Counted from the first letter of the stretch, positions 9,387-18,880 are shown. The stretch: 34,559 bases of DNA from an uncultured Anaerolineaceae bacterium (GCA_964526095.1 CAZGLU010000001.1:1-34559); one strand, 5' to 3'. Notes: generated from the sequence alone by a model not told the origin. Translations and numbers: made by a program.

Positions 9387-10889
9387 CTACCCCGCCGCTT
9401 CCTGTGGCACGTGCTGGTCCCCGGCGCCTTCACCTTCGAGCATGGCGCGTACCCGTTCCAGGGTTTCGTCGTCCGACAGCACCAACAGCGTGTCGCCCGC
9501 GTGCAAAACGGTCGAGCCGCGCGGGATGAGGAATTCCCCGTCCCGGCCCAGCAGCACGATCAACGCCGCCTCAGGGATGTTCGCCGACACGATCGCCCGG
9601 CCCGCCAGCCCTGACCGTTCCGAGACGGTGATCTCCTGCAGCCGGCTCTGGATATTCGTGCCGGGGACGACCTCAAGGGGCGGGATACTGCGCTGCTTGA
9701 TCGGCTCGTCTACGCCGAGCCACCGCGCCACAAGCGGCAGCGTTGTGCCCTGGATCAGCACCGAGGTCAGCACGACGAAGAACACGATGTTGAAGATCGT
9801 GGCGGCCTGCCCGACCCCGGCCACCAGCGGAAAGGTCGCCAGCAGGATCGGCGCCGCGCCGCGCAGCCCGACCCACGACACGAACAGCTTTTCGCGCAGG
9901 CTGAGGTCGGTCAGAATCGTGGTCAGGAACACAGCCAGCGGCCGCGCCAGGACGATCAGCCCGCCCGCGATCAGCAGCCCGCGATCGGCGATGGACGCCA
10001 GCTCGGACGGGAAGACGAGCAGCCCCAGGGTCACGAAGATCACGATCTGCATCAGCCAGCCGAGGCCGTCATGAAAGCTGATGAGGGTCCGCTTGTGGAT
10101 GAAGCTGTACTCCCCGGCGACGATGCCCGCGATGTAGACCGCCAGGAAGCCGCTGCCGCCCAGCGCCCCCGTCACACCATAGATGAACAGCACCGCCGCG
10201 ACGGTGACGACCGGGTACAGGCCATCGTAGGCGAGGTTCAGCCGGTTGATCAGCATCACCAGCAGCCGCCCGCCGATGTACCCGAACAGCGCCCCGAGCA
10301 CCATCTGCTGCACGAAGAGCGGGATCAGGCTGAGCACCGATAGCGTGGGGTCCTTGACCAGCTCGATCACGCCCACCGTAAGGAAGATCGCCATCGGGTC
10401 GTTGCTGCCGGATTCCAGCTCCAGCAGCGGCTTAAGCCCTTCCTTCAGGCCCACCCCTTTACTGCGCAGGATCGCAAACACGGCGGCGGCGTCCGTCGAC
10501 GACACGATCGCCCCGACCAGCATGCTTTCCTGAAGGGAAAATCCCAGCCCGGCCATCGATACCACCGCGCCCACAACCAGCGCGGTGATCAGCACGCCCA
10601 GCGTCGCCAGGATCGCCCCTTTGCCGAGCACGGGCCGGATGTCCGCGACCTCCGTATCCAGGCCGCCCGAAAACAGGATGAACGCGAGGGCCGTCACGCT
10701 GAGGAATTGCGCTACACCAGGGTCATCGAAATAGATCCCGCCCGGCCCCTCAGAACCGGCAAGCATCCCGACCCCCAGAAACAGCAGCAGCGCCGGGATC
10801 CCGAAACGGGCCGAGAGCTTGCTGGCCCCGAGGCTCACCAGCAGGAGCAGCGACGCGACCGCCAGGGTTTGCTCAATGGTCAGGCTCAA
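9387..10889 (-). CDS. cvrA: K+/H+ antiporter (NhaP2/CvrA family) with C-terminal TrkA-C/RCK_C domain
   Basis: SSTDAAAVF, LELESGSNDPMA, VGLRGAAPI motifs; AGGAG before TTG start. Confidence 0.9.
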   Translation of the reverse strand: MSLTIEQTLAVASLLLLVSLGASKLSARFGIPALLLFLGVGMLAGSEGPGGIYFDDPGVAQFLSVTALAFILFSGGLDTEVADIRPVLGKGAILATLGVLITALVVGAVVSMAGLGFSLQESMLVGAIVSSTDAAAVFAILRSKGVGLKEGLKPLLELESGSNDPMAIFLTVGVIELVKDPTLSVLSLIPLFVQQMVLGALFGYIGGRLLVMLINRLNLAYDGLYPVVTVAAVLFIYGVTGALGGSGFLAVYIAGIVAGEYSFIHKRTLISFHDGLGWLMQIVIFVTLGLLVFPSELASIADRGLLIAGGLIVLARPLAVFLTTILTDLSLREKLFVSWVGLRGAAPILLATFPLVAGVGQAATIFNIVFFVVLTSVLIQGTTLPLVARWLGVDEPIKQRSIPPLEVVPGTNIQSRLQEITVSERSGLAGRAIVSANIPEAALIVLLGRDGEFLIPRGSTVLHAGDTLLVLSDDETLERVRAMLEGEGAGDQHVPQEAAG

Positions 10890-11262
10890 AGGTGTGCTCC
10901 TAACAGTTCAAAACGCTAGCACAAGGTGTTTTGCCCGCTACCTCCTGGAATGAGAACGGCTGTGGAGGACGATCAGCGCCACGACCGGCATGATCGCGAT
11001 CCCGGCATGCCAGGCTTGAAGTCGATGGCTCCGGCGTCATGGGTTGACGCGCCGCTCCCTGTGTAGGAGGGCTTGCCAGGGCCTGTTCTATAGTTATCCC
11101 CGGTTTTCCGGCCCCTTTTCCCTCGTAAACGGGGCGAGGGAAAAGTAAAACGCCGGGCAAACCTGTAACAACCTGTAAAAAAATACCAGGGATGGGCAGG
11201 GCTGTACACCCTTTTTCTACTGTAAGTTCTATTACAAGCTGCGCCTCAACCACACCGCCGCA

Positions 11263-12192
11263 TCACAACCAGCGTTCCAGCCACGCCAGCACCTCGGCGC
11301 GCATGCCGGGCGTCTCCACGTGCTGCACGTCATAGCGGCTCATCCGCCATGCGTCCGGCGCCCCGGCGGCGGCGTAGACGTCACGCAGCGCCGCGTCGAT
11401 GCGGTCCAGCCCGGCGGCGGGGGTCAGCGGGTCCAGGTTGCCCGCCAGCCCCAGGTGCGGCCGGGGGACGATCAGGGCGTTGATCTCGGCGGTGGTGAAG
11501 TGCTTCAGCAGGCCGGGCACGTAGTAGTAGATGCCGTGCCCGCCCAGGCCCCCGGCGTCGATCAGCGCCTGGAAGTCGGTCAGGCAGCAGATATCGACGC
11601 ACACCTTGATGCGCGGGTCCAGCGCGGCCAGGTACCACGCCATCGTGCTGCCCATCGACATGCCGAGCGTCGCCAGGCGCGCGGCGTCCACGTCGGGGCG
11701 GGAGATGGCGTAGTCCACCGCGCGCAGGCTGTCGTAGACCATCATGCCCCACAGCACCTGCCCGCGCCACAGCATCAGCTTCACCAACTCCAGTTCGGGC
11801 AGGTCGTGTCTCTCGCCAAAGCACCACGCGTCGATGCACAGCGCGGCGTACCCCTGCGCGGTGAGCGCCTCGGCGTAGGGCGGCGACTGCAAATACTCCC
11901 GCCCGTTCAGCAGCTCGTCCTTGCCGATGTGGTAGGCGCCGCCGTGGCTGTGGTTGTAGATCACGGTCGGGAACGGGCCGCCCCCCGCGTTGGGCTTCAC
12001 GAAATAGGCCGGGACCGGCTCGATCCCGTTCAGGTCGAGCGTGAGGACTTCCAGGTGATAGCCGGCGCGCGCCTCCTCGCGGACCAATTCCGCCGTGATC
12101 GGGCGGTTGAGGTCGGGCAGGTCACCGAGCAGGCTCAACAGTTCGGCGCGGCGCGCCGCCGGGTCGGTCTGACGTTCTTCGGTCGGGTGCAT
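11263..12192 (-). CDS. alpha/beta hydrolase (dienelactone hydrolase / YtaP-like)
   Basis: YNHSHGG, GMSMG nucleophile elbow, DPL, H near C-terminus. Confidence 0.85.
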   Translation of the reverse strand: MHPTEERQTDPAARRAELLSLLGDLPDLNRPITAELVREEARAGYHLEVLTLDLNGIEPVPAYFVKPNAGGGPFPTVIYNHSHGGAYHIGKDELLNGREYLQSPPYAEALTAQGYAALCIDAWCFGERHDLPELELVKLMLWRGQVLWGMMVYDSLRAVDYAISRPDVDAARLATLGMSMGSTMAWYLAALDPRIKVCVDICCLTDFQALIDAGGLGGHGIYYYVPGLLKHFTTAEINALIVPRPHLGLAGNLDPLTPAAGLDRIDAALRDVYAAAGAPDAWRMSRYDVQHVETPGMRAEVLAWLERWL

Positions 12193-12316
12193 GGCTCACA
12201 TCCCAGGGACACAGGGGCAGCGCCCCCTCGCAGCAGATCAAGCTGCCGTACTCTAACACAACTTCGCGCGTGGAACATCCCCTCGCGCTCGTGATCCCGG
12301 CCCCACCGTCCCCTGT

Positions 12317-12430
12317 GTAGGGGCGGATCAGACCTTACCCCTGGCGGTAGCACCGGGCGGGTTGAAAACCCGCCCCTACGGGCTTTTCTCCCCTCTCCAG
12401 CCCAGACTGGAGAGGGGTCGAGGGTGAGGT
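12317..12430. repeat. REP-like palindromic cluster (GTAG-type plus CCCTCTCC/GGAGAGGG hairpin)
   Basis: gtaggggcgg(12317)/ccgcccctac(12370) inverted pair; gggcgggtt-gaa-aacccgccc; cccctctccag/ctggagagggg. Confidence 0.7.
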
Positions 12431-12531
12431 CTCGCCGGTGGCCGGGTTAACCCCTCCGTTCCCGCCGTCACGCGCTATACTGGGCACAGAAACCCGGCGA
12501 CCTGATTCACCTACTGCGAAGGATGATCCCT

Positions 12532-13353
12532 ATGAAACGTTCGTTGCATGCATTGTTGTTGGGGGCACTCGCGCTGGCCCTGGTTATCGGAGCGGCGCCG
12601 GACCTCGCTCGCGCGCAGGACGGCAACCCCTTCGACGACGAGGTGTCGCTGCTGGTCCCGGAGGTGATCGCGGAGCTGGCGCACGACCCGGCGGCGTTCA
12701 CCCAGGGCTTCCTGTACTACGACGGCCTGCTGTACGAGAGCGCGGGGCAGTATGGCGAGTCCACGCTGCGCCTGGTGGACCCGGAGACGGGCGAGGTCCT
12801 GAAGTCCGTGGACGTGCCCGCCGAGTACTTCGCGGAGGGGCTGGAGCGCGTCGGGGACCGCCTGATCCAGCTTACGTGGCGCGAGCAAACCGCGTTCGTG
12901 TACGACCTGGAGACGTTCGAGCAGATCGACACCTTCAGCTATACGACCGAGGGCTGGGGCCTGTGCTATGACGGCAACGTGCTGTACATGAGCGACGGCA
13001 GCCCGTTCCTCACCCTGCGCGACGCCGAGACGTTCGAGCCGATCTTCTCCGGGCTGGTCACGCTCCAGGCGCAGCCGGTGAGCCGTCTCAACGAGCTGGA
13101 ATGCGTGGGGGACGTGATCTGGGCCAACGTCTGGCAGACCGATTACATCCTGCGCATCGACAAGACCAACGGCGTGGTGACGGGCATCGTGGACGCCTCC
13201 AACCTGCTGACCGAGGAAGAGCGCGCGGCGCTGGGCGCTCAGGACGTGCTGAACGGCATCGCCTACAACCCGGACACGGACACCTTCCTGATCACCGGCA
13301 AGCGCTGGCCGAAGATGTTCGAGGTCCGGTTCGTCGCCGCGCCGGAGCGGTAG
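12532..13353 (+). CDS. secreted glutaminyl-peptide cyclotransferase (plant/bacterial beta-propeller type)
   Basis: HDPAAFTQG, FAEG, QLTW, EGWG, SDGS, LNELE, ANVWQ, LNGIA, TGKRW motifs. Confidence 0.93.
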   Translation: MKRSLHALLLGALALALVIGAAPDLARAQDGNPFDDEVSLLVPEVIAELAHDPAAFTQGFLYYDGLLYESAGQYGESTLRLVDPETGEVLKSVDVPAEYFAEGLERVGDRLIQLTWREQTAFVYDLETFEQIDTFSYTTEGWGLCYDGNVLYMSDGSPFLTLRDAETFEPIFSGLVTLQAQPVSRLNELECVGDVIWANVWQTDYILRIDKTNGVVTGIVDASNLLTEEERAALGAQDVLNGIAYNPDTDTFLITGKRWPKMFEVRFVAAPER

Positions 13354-13368
13354 CGGGCCGGGTCGCCT

Positions 13369-13767
13369 ATGGGCACACCTCCGCCGGTTGACGTGTTCGC
13401 CCCCCTGTACGGGAGCAAGACGATCAACCTGACGACCTTCAAAAAGGGCGGCGTCCCGGTTGCGACCCCCGTCTGGTTCGTTCCGCTGGACGGGCGGCTC
13501 TACGTCCGCACGGGGCGGACCACCGGCAAGGTCAAGCGCATCCGCCATGACCCGGTCGTGACCGTCGCGCCGTGTACGAGCGAGGGCCGGGTTACCGGCC
13601 CCCCGCTGCCGGGCATAGCGCGCGTGCTGCCCCCGGACGAGGCGGATGCGCCGCGCCGGGCGTGGGCGCGCCGGTACCGGCTGGAGCGCGGGCTGCTCGG
13701 CGTGGCGCGTGCCGTGCTGCGCCGCCCGGAGGACGACGTCGTGTTCATCGAGATCAGGCCGGTATAG
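13369..13767 (+). CDS. PPOX-class F420-dependent oxidoreductase (Rv2061-like)
   Basis: LTTFKKGGVPVATPVW, GKVKRIR, VTVAPC..G. Confidence 0.85.
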   Translation: MGTPPPVDVFAPLYGSKTINLTTFKKGGVPVATPVWFVPLDGRLYVRTGRTTGKVKRIRHDPVVTVAPCTSEGRVTGPPLPGIARVLPPDEADAPRRAWARRYRLERGLLGVARAVLRRPEDDVVFIEIRPV

Positions 13768-13864
13768 GCGGTGCCAGGGGAATAAAACAGGGCCGCGTCT
13801 GCGAATTGGCCGCTAGCGGCTAGCCGCTAAGGGGGATTCTTCCCCGCAAAATACAGAATCGGTG

Positions 13865-13870
13865 TATAGT
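13865..13870 (+). promoter_or_regulatory. putative -10 of rep-like gene 1 leader
   Basis: TGTATAGTA shared with 26733-26741; TTCCC upstream in both. Confidence 0.55.
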
Positions 13871-13878
13871 AGTCCTAG

Positions 13879-13977
13879 AAAAACGAAACACCCGCGATGC
13901 CCTCAAAGCCCTCAAAGAGGTGCGAGTGTCCGTCATCCGTTGGGGTCCAGACCGTCAAGTCGAACCCCAGTTCAGTT
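13879..13977 (-). ncRNA. putative ~100-nt antisense (counter-transcribed) RNA 1
   Basis: minus-strand TTGCCG(14011-14006)-16bp-TATACT(13989-13984); ends in hairpin acacccgc/gcgagtgt plus U-tract; same layout at locus 2. Confidence 0.5.
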
Positions 13978-14137
13978 ACTTAGAGTATACCGCAAATAGC
14001 AAGACCGGCAAAGCTCTAAGTTAACACCCCCCCCAACGGACACCGAGCACCCGCACCCTATGCAGCAGAGGGCATTGCAGGCAACCGTTTTTCCTCGCGC
14101 CTGCGGCCTTATGCCGCCAGCTTCAGGGAGGAAGCTG

Positions 14138-15094
14138 ATGTCCGTACAATCCGCAACTGCCCGATCCTTTCCGTCCGGCTTCGTGATGATCGACAACCGC
14201 GCGGTAGACGCGCACGATCTCAGCCCGCGCGCCCTGGCGCTGTACCTCATCCTGAGCCGCTACGTCAGCCATGAAACGGGGCTGGCCTTCCCCAGCATCA
14301 CGCACCTGTGCAAGGTGGGCCACATGGCCCGCGCGACGGTGGTCAAGTACCTCAAGGAGCTGGAGTCGAAGGGCTGGATCGAGGTCATCCGCCGCCGCAA
14401 GCCCAACAGCAAGGAACGCGAGGTCAACCACTACCGCGTGAAGGTCCCGGGTCAGAAGGATGCACCCCCGGCGCAGGCCCCACGTGGTGGTGTCGCGAAT
14501 GAACCAAAGGTGGTTCAAGCCCTGAACGAGGGTAGTTCAAGCCGCGAACGGGGGGTAGTTCAAACGCTAGACGGGGGTAGTTCAAACCCTGTACAGGGGG
14601 TAGTTCACGAATTAGACGGGAAAGACACCGACGCCCAAATAGACCAAGAGAACAAGACCAACCTGACTCAAGGGGACGCGCCGCACAGCGCCGCACCAAC
14701 GCAGCGCGATCCGGACCGGCCCGACGATGAACAATCCCCCCAGAGATTATCTTCTCCTCCTGAAGATCAATCTGAAAATGAATGGCACAACTTCTGCCAC
14801 AAACTCGCTGACCTTTGCTGCCTGGACTACAACGCCAATAAAGACAAGATCCACAGGTTCGCCAGCCGGTTGTGGAACAAAGGAAACGGCTACACGGTCG
14901 AGGATCTAAAAACCTTTAAAGCATGGTGGTACCAGCATGATTGGCGCGGACGTAGGGGCGAACGGCCGACTGTGCAGATCGTGGCAGAATATATCCGGAT
15001 AGCCGTCGAAACGCTGGGCGTGAGCAATCAAGGCGACGATCTGCAAAGCTACCTGGCACGCCAGGGAGAATACGCGTCCATCATCCATTATTGA
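14138..15094 (+). CDS. wHTH (HTH_36-like) replication-initiator/replisome-organiser-like protein 1
   Basis: FVMIDN...LSPRALALYLILSRY...AFPSITHL...RATVVKYLKELESKGWIEV...NHY; 15-aa central repeats; C-terminal WWYQHDWRG domain; GGGAGG RBS. Confidence 0.75.
   Translation: MSVQSATARSFPSGFVMIDNRAVDAHDLSPRALALYLILSRYVSHETGLAFPSITHLCKVGHMARATVVKYLKELESKGWIEVIRRRKPNSKEREVNHYRVKVPGQKDAPPAQAPRGGVANEPKVVQALNEGSSSRERGVVQTLDGGSSNPVQGVVHELDGKDTDAQIDQENKTNLTQGDAPHSAAPTQRDPDRPDDEQSPQRLSSPPEDQSENEWHNFCHKLADLCCLDYNANKDKIHRFASRLWNKGNGYTVEDLKTFKAWWYQHDWRGRRGERPTVQIVAEYIRIAVETLGVSNQGDDLQSYLARQGEYASIIHY
14486..14608 (+). repeat. intragenic iteron-like array (6 units, 22/23-bp period)
   Basis: GGT(A/G)GT cores at 14486, 14509, 14531, 14554, 14576, 14599; last five continue TCA. 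Confidence 0.85.
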
Positions 15095-15108
15095 CGCCTG
15101 ACGGCGTC

Positions 15109-15132
15109 GGGCAGGGACAAGCCCTGCCCTTT
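15109..15132 (+). terminator. hairpin downstream of rep-like gene 1
   Basis: gggcaggg-acaag-ccctgccc-ttt. Confidence 0.5.
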
Positions 15133-15464
15133 AAATAGGCCGGGCGCCGCGAAAAATCGCCGCGTGAACGCGCCGGGCCGCAGCCGCTCGCGTTGCGCCG
15201 GGCAGGGCATCTGCCGGGGCCGGTCCTGCGTGCCTGCGTCAGGCTGGCGGGGGCCGGTGCGCGCTTGTGGGCGGGGCAGGATAGGGGTGCGCAGCTTTCG
15301 GCCTGGGCGCTGGCCGCCGCTAGCTGACGCTCAGATGACGCCTCCCCTGCTACAACCGCGCGGAAAAGCGTCTGGTAGTTGAGTACTATGAGGTTTTCCC
15401 CTACACTGTAAGTAACACAGTGGATAAGGCAATCCCGTCCAACCAGTAAAACAGGGGGACCACC

Positions 15465-16529
15465 ATGCGCAACTTAGCCTCTCTCAGCCGCCATACCGTG
15501 GTGGCTGTGGCCCTGATCGTGACCCTTCTCGCCGGTCTGATCCCGTTGGGTGTCGCTTCCGCCCAGCAGACGGGTACCGCGCGGGTGACGTGCGTAGCCC
15601 AGGATGTGCACCCCGCGCCTGACATCTACTCCGGCAAGATCACCACCCTCTTCCAGAACCAGACCGTTGCCATTGACGGCACGACCACGGGCCAGGGCAC
15701 GGAATGGACCCGCGTCTTTGTGGCGGGCACAAGCGGTTGGATGAAGTCGGTCTGCCTGGAGGTCATCAGCGGGTCGACCGGCGGCGGCCAGCAGCTCCCC
15801 AGCGGCGCGTATGCGGTGGTCAACACGGGCGCCCTGCATGTGCGCAGCGGCCCCGGCACGCAGTTCCCCTCGATCTTCTCAGTCTACCGGGGCACGGTCC
15901 TGGGGCTGATCGCGCGGGACGCGAACGCGCGCTGGATCAAGGTGTCGCTCGATAACGGCGTGGTGGGCTGGGTGAACTCCGGCTACATCCGGACCAGCTA
16001 CCCGCTGTCCAGCCTGCCGCTTGATGGCAGCGAGGTTCCGCCGCCTTCGCAGCCGCCAGCAGGGGCCTTCGCCACCGTGACGACGGGCGCCCTGAACGTG
16101 CGCAGCGGGCCGGGGTGGTGGTACAACGTGGTGACGTCGGTCTATCGCGGCACGACGGTGAGCCTGCACGCCCGCAACGCGGACGGCTCATGGGTCAAGA
16201 TCTCGCTGAACAATGGCGTGGTGGGCTGGGTGAACTCAAGCTACATCCGCGCGTCGGTGGGCATCCTGTCGCTGCCGGTCGAGGCCGCCTACGTGCCGCC
16301 CACGCAGCCGACATACCCGACCTATCCCACCTACCCGACGTATCCAACGTATCCGACTTACCCCACGCCCCCGACCACGACCTGCCGGACGTACCACACC
16401 GTCCAGGCCGGGCAGAACCTGTTCCGCGTCTCGCTGCAATACAACGTTCCCCTGTACACCCTGGCGGCGGTCAACGGCATCTACGATGTGTCGCGTATCT
16501 ACGCCGGGCAGCGGCTCTGCATCCCCTAG
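15465..16529 (+). CDS. secreted multi-SH3b + C-terminal LysM cell-wall-binding protein
   Basis: signal peptide; LHVRSGPG and LNVRSGPG...GWVNS.YI repeats; (PTY)6 linker; HTVQAGQNLFRVSLQYNV...IYAGQRLCIP. Confidence 0.9.
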   Translation: MRNLASLSRHTVVAVALIVTLLAGLIPLGVASAQQTGTARVTCVAQDVHPAPDIYSGKITTLFQNQTVAIDGTTTGQGTEWTRVFVAGTSGWMKSVCLEVISGSTGGGQQLPSGAYAVVNTGALHVRSGPGTQFPSIFSVYRGTVLGLIARDANARWIKVSLDNGVVGWVNSGYIRTSYPLSSLPLDGSEVPPPSQPPAGAFATVTTGALNVRSGPGWWYNVVTSVYRGTTVSLHARNADGSWVKISLNNGVVGWVNSSYIRASVGILSLPVEAAYVPPTQPTYPTYPTYPTYPTYPTYPTPPTTTCRTYHTVQAGQNLFRVSLQYNVPLYTLAAVNGIYDVSRIYAGQRLCIP

Positions 16530-16548
16530 CCCGTTCCGTCCGATGAGC

Positions 16549-16576
16549 AAAGCCCCGCTGCGTGCGGGGCTTTTTT
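16549..16576 (+). terminator. rho-independent terminator
   Basis: aaagccccgc-tgcgt-gcggggc-tttttt. Confidence 0.85.
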
Positions 16577-16624
16577 GATCGCGTTTGATCACCGGTGGAG
16601 GGGTAAGCGTCCCCGGCCGGGGGA

Positions 16625-17095
16625 TCACTTCTGTACGTTGTAGTAGGCGCCCAGGATCACCGCGTCCTCGGCCAGCGCGACGGGCAGATCGGGTAGCCCC
16701 GTCTCGCGTGCGATGCCCGTCCGCACGTGGAACATGACGAACGTGGAGAGCGCGGCGACCAGCCCGCCGATCAGCGCGCCGAACTCGCGGCGCTCCCGCT
16801 GGGCGGCGCTCAGGGCTGCGCCCGCCAGCGCCCCGGACACGGTGCGCCCGACGAGCGACGGCAGCTCGGTGCGGTTCGGAACGAACGGCATCTTGTCCGC
16901 GACCATCTCGCCCAGGGCCATCATGCGGAAGGCGTCCGCCGTGCGCCCTTTGCAGAGCGAGCGGGCAGGCTCCGGCAGCAGGCGGCAGATGTAGCTGTTG
17001 GACAGGTACGTGCTGACCAGCGCCAGCGCGCCCATGGACCGCATCCCCGCGACCCAGCCCGCGCCGATGATCTGGAGCAGTGCTTTCTGCTTCAT
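16625..17095 (-). CDS. membrane protein, DUF4126-like
   Basis: GWVAGMRSM, GEMVADKMP..P.R, ALAEDA motifs; start moved to ATG 17095. Confidence 0.7.
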   Translation of the reverse strand: MKQKALLQIIGAGWVAGMRSMGALALVSTYLSNSYICRLLPEPARSLCKGRTADAFRMMALGEMVADKMPFVPNRTELPSLVGRTVSGALAGAALSAAQRERREFGALIGGLVAALSTFVMFHVRTGIARETGLPDLPVALAEDAVILGAYYNVQK

Positions 17096-17223
17096 GGCTG
17101 CTTCAAGTCCCTTCGCTCTCACCCGTGGTAATGAGCCGCGCGCATGGCACGCACGGGCAGTAATCGGGTATGCTCGTACCTTACTGGATTGTCGCAGAAG
17201 CATTCGGTGAGGGACAAACAGGC

Positions 17224-17994
17224 ATGCTGCGCGTGTACTCGTGGAACGTGAACGGCGTCCGGGCCGCCCAGAAGAAGGGGCTGCTGAACTGGCTGGCGCA
17301 GGTTGACCCGGACATCTTGTGCCTGCAAGAGACCAAAGCCTCGGTGGACCAGCTCGAGCCGGAGCTGGCCGCCCCGCCCGGCTACCGTACCTATTGGGCC
17401 TCCGCGACGCGCAAGGGGTACAGCGGCGTGGCGCTGTTCAGCAAGATCGAGCCGGTGAGCGTGCAGCTTGGGCTGGGCATCCCGGAATACGACGACGAGG
17501 GCCGCACCATCGTCGCGGATTACGGCGATTTCGTCCTGATCACGGCGTACTTCCCCAATGGCGGGCGCGACCTGCTGCGCGTGCCGTTCAAGATGGCCTA
17601 TAATGAGGCGTTCCTGGCCTACGTGGATACGCTGCGCGCGGCGGGCCGCTCGGTGATTTTCTGCGGCGACGTGAACACCGCGCACCGCGAGATCGACCTG
17701 GCGAACCCCAAGAGCAACGTCAAGAACACGGGCTTCCTGCCGGAGGAACGCGCCTGGCTCGATCAGGTTGTCGAGCGGGGTTACCTCGACGTGTACCGCA
17801 TGTTTTACCCTGAGGAAACGGGGGCGTATACGTGGTGGCCGTTCTGGGGCGGCGCGCGCGAGCGAAACGTAGGCTGGCGGATCGATTACTTCTTCGCCAC
17901 GCCGGACCTCCGGGAGCGCATCGTCGCAACGGAGATCCACTGCGACGTGATGGGATCGGACCACTGCCCGATCAGCATCACGCTGGATTTCTGA
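17224..17994 (+). CDS. xth: exodeoxyribonuclease III / AP endonuclease
   Basis: SWNVNGVRA, LQETK, GYSGVA, YFPNG, GDVNTAH, YTWW, GWRIDY, SDHCP. Confidence 0.95.
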   Translation: MLRVYSWNVNGVRAAQKKGLLNWLAQVDPDILCLQETKASVDQLEPELAAPPGYRTYWASATRKGYSGVALFSKIEPVSVQLGLGIPEYDDEGRTIVADYGDFVLITAYFPNGGRDLLRVPFKMAYNEAFLAYVDTLRAAGRSVIFCGDVNTAHREIDLANPKSNVKNTGFLPEERAWLDQVVERGYLDVYRMFYPEETGAYTWWPFWGGARERNVGWRIDYFFATPDLRERIVATEIHCDVMGSDHCPISITLDF

Positions 17995-18012
17995 TCCCCG
18001 GGCCGGTCGCGC

Positions 18013-18510
18013 TCAGCCGGTCAGCCACAGGCTCGCGGCGAAGATGGCGAAGATCAGCAGGCTGGCGGTCACCTCGAACAGCGCGCCCACGATGTAGAAC
18101 TTGAGCGCCAGCCGCCCGGCGTCGAGGGCCTCGCGCCACTCGCCGATGCGCATGAACTCGAACAGCAGCGCGCCGAGCATCATGCCCGCCAGCGTGCCGA
18201 GGAACGGGATCGGGATGAAGATCGTGCCGATGATCCCGCCGAGGATGCTGCCCACGGTCGTCAGGCATGACCCGCCCTCCGCCTTGAACCCCAGCGCGGG
18301 TGCCCAGAATTCGGTGGTGGACCCCGCGACCATCACCAGCGTCATCAGCGCGACGGACAGGTACGTGACGCGTTCGAAGCCGTCGATCACGGCGAAGACG
18401 ACGCCGATCGCCCACACGAGCAGCGGGCCGGGCAGAAAGGGCACGACGGACAGGATCACCCCGATGCCCATCAGCACCAGGGCTGCGATCATCAACAGGG
18501 TTTCGGACAC
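18013..18510 (-). CDS. DUF456 family membrane protein
   Basis: VPFLPGPLL, GSILGGIIG..IP.P..G...G..LGALLFE; AGGAG before GTG. Confidence 0.8.
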   Translation of the reverse strand: MSETLLMIAALVLMGIGVILSVVPFLPGPLLVWAIGVVFAVIDGFERVTYLSVALMTLVMVAGSTTEFWAPALGFKAEGGSCLTTVGSILGGIIGTIFIPIPFLGTLAGMMLGALLFEFMRIGEWREALDAGRLALKFYIVGALFEVTASLLIFAIFAASLWLTG

Positions 18511-18728
18511 GTAGCGGCGTTTCCCCTCCTGTGCGGTCCGAGCGGTGCGGCGTGCCTACCCGGTAAACACGCCCGCGCAAACCGAAGCGATCATGCGTGC
18601 CTCGCTCCAATGGATAGTACGTTTTCGGGGCGCGGGGGTTGTTCCGCCGCGTGGTTAGATTGTAGCGGCCCGAAGGTGCGGCGGCCTATCCCCGCCCTGC
18701 TGCGCTTTTCGGGTATGTGGAAGGGTTA

Positions 18729-18751
18729 GGCGGGTTGGAAACCCGCCCTAC
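18729..18751. repeat. REP-like palindrome, sister of 12355-12379
   Basis: ggcgggtt-gga-aacccgcc-ctac. Confidence 0.65.
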
Positions 18752-18880
18752 GGGACGCGCGGAGATAGGCTTTTTCCCCACTTCGGCGGGGTGGAATTAT
18801 TATGTTGCGCAAAATGCGGGCCTTAGGGACAGCGTGCCGGGCGACGGCCTCGCTCGGCGGGGTCTACGCCGTGGCGAAAA

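Noticed and set aside
14486-14608. CRISPR array interpretation of the periodic repeats (also 27363-27530)
   Set aside because: The 22/23-bp period is far too short, the repeats are degenerate and inside ORFs, and no cas genes are present.
14138-15094. Prophage replication module
   Set aside because: No adjacent helicase/loader, repressor, integrase, terminase or capsid genes; flanks are metabolic and cell-surface genes.
16308-16361. (PTY)6 repeat as a DNA-level VNTR or contingency locus
   Set aside because: Third codon positions vary between units, consistent with an ordinary Pro/Thr-rich protein linker before LysM.
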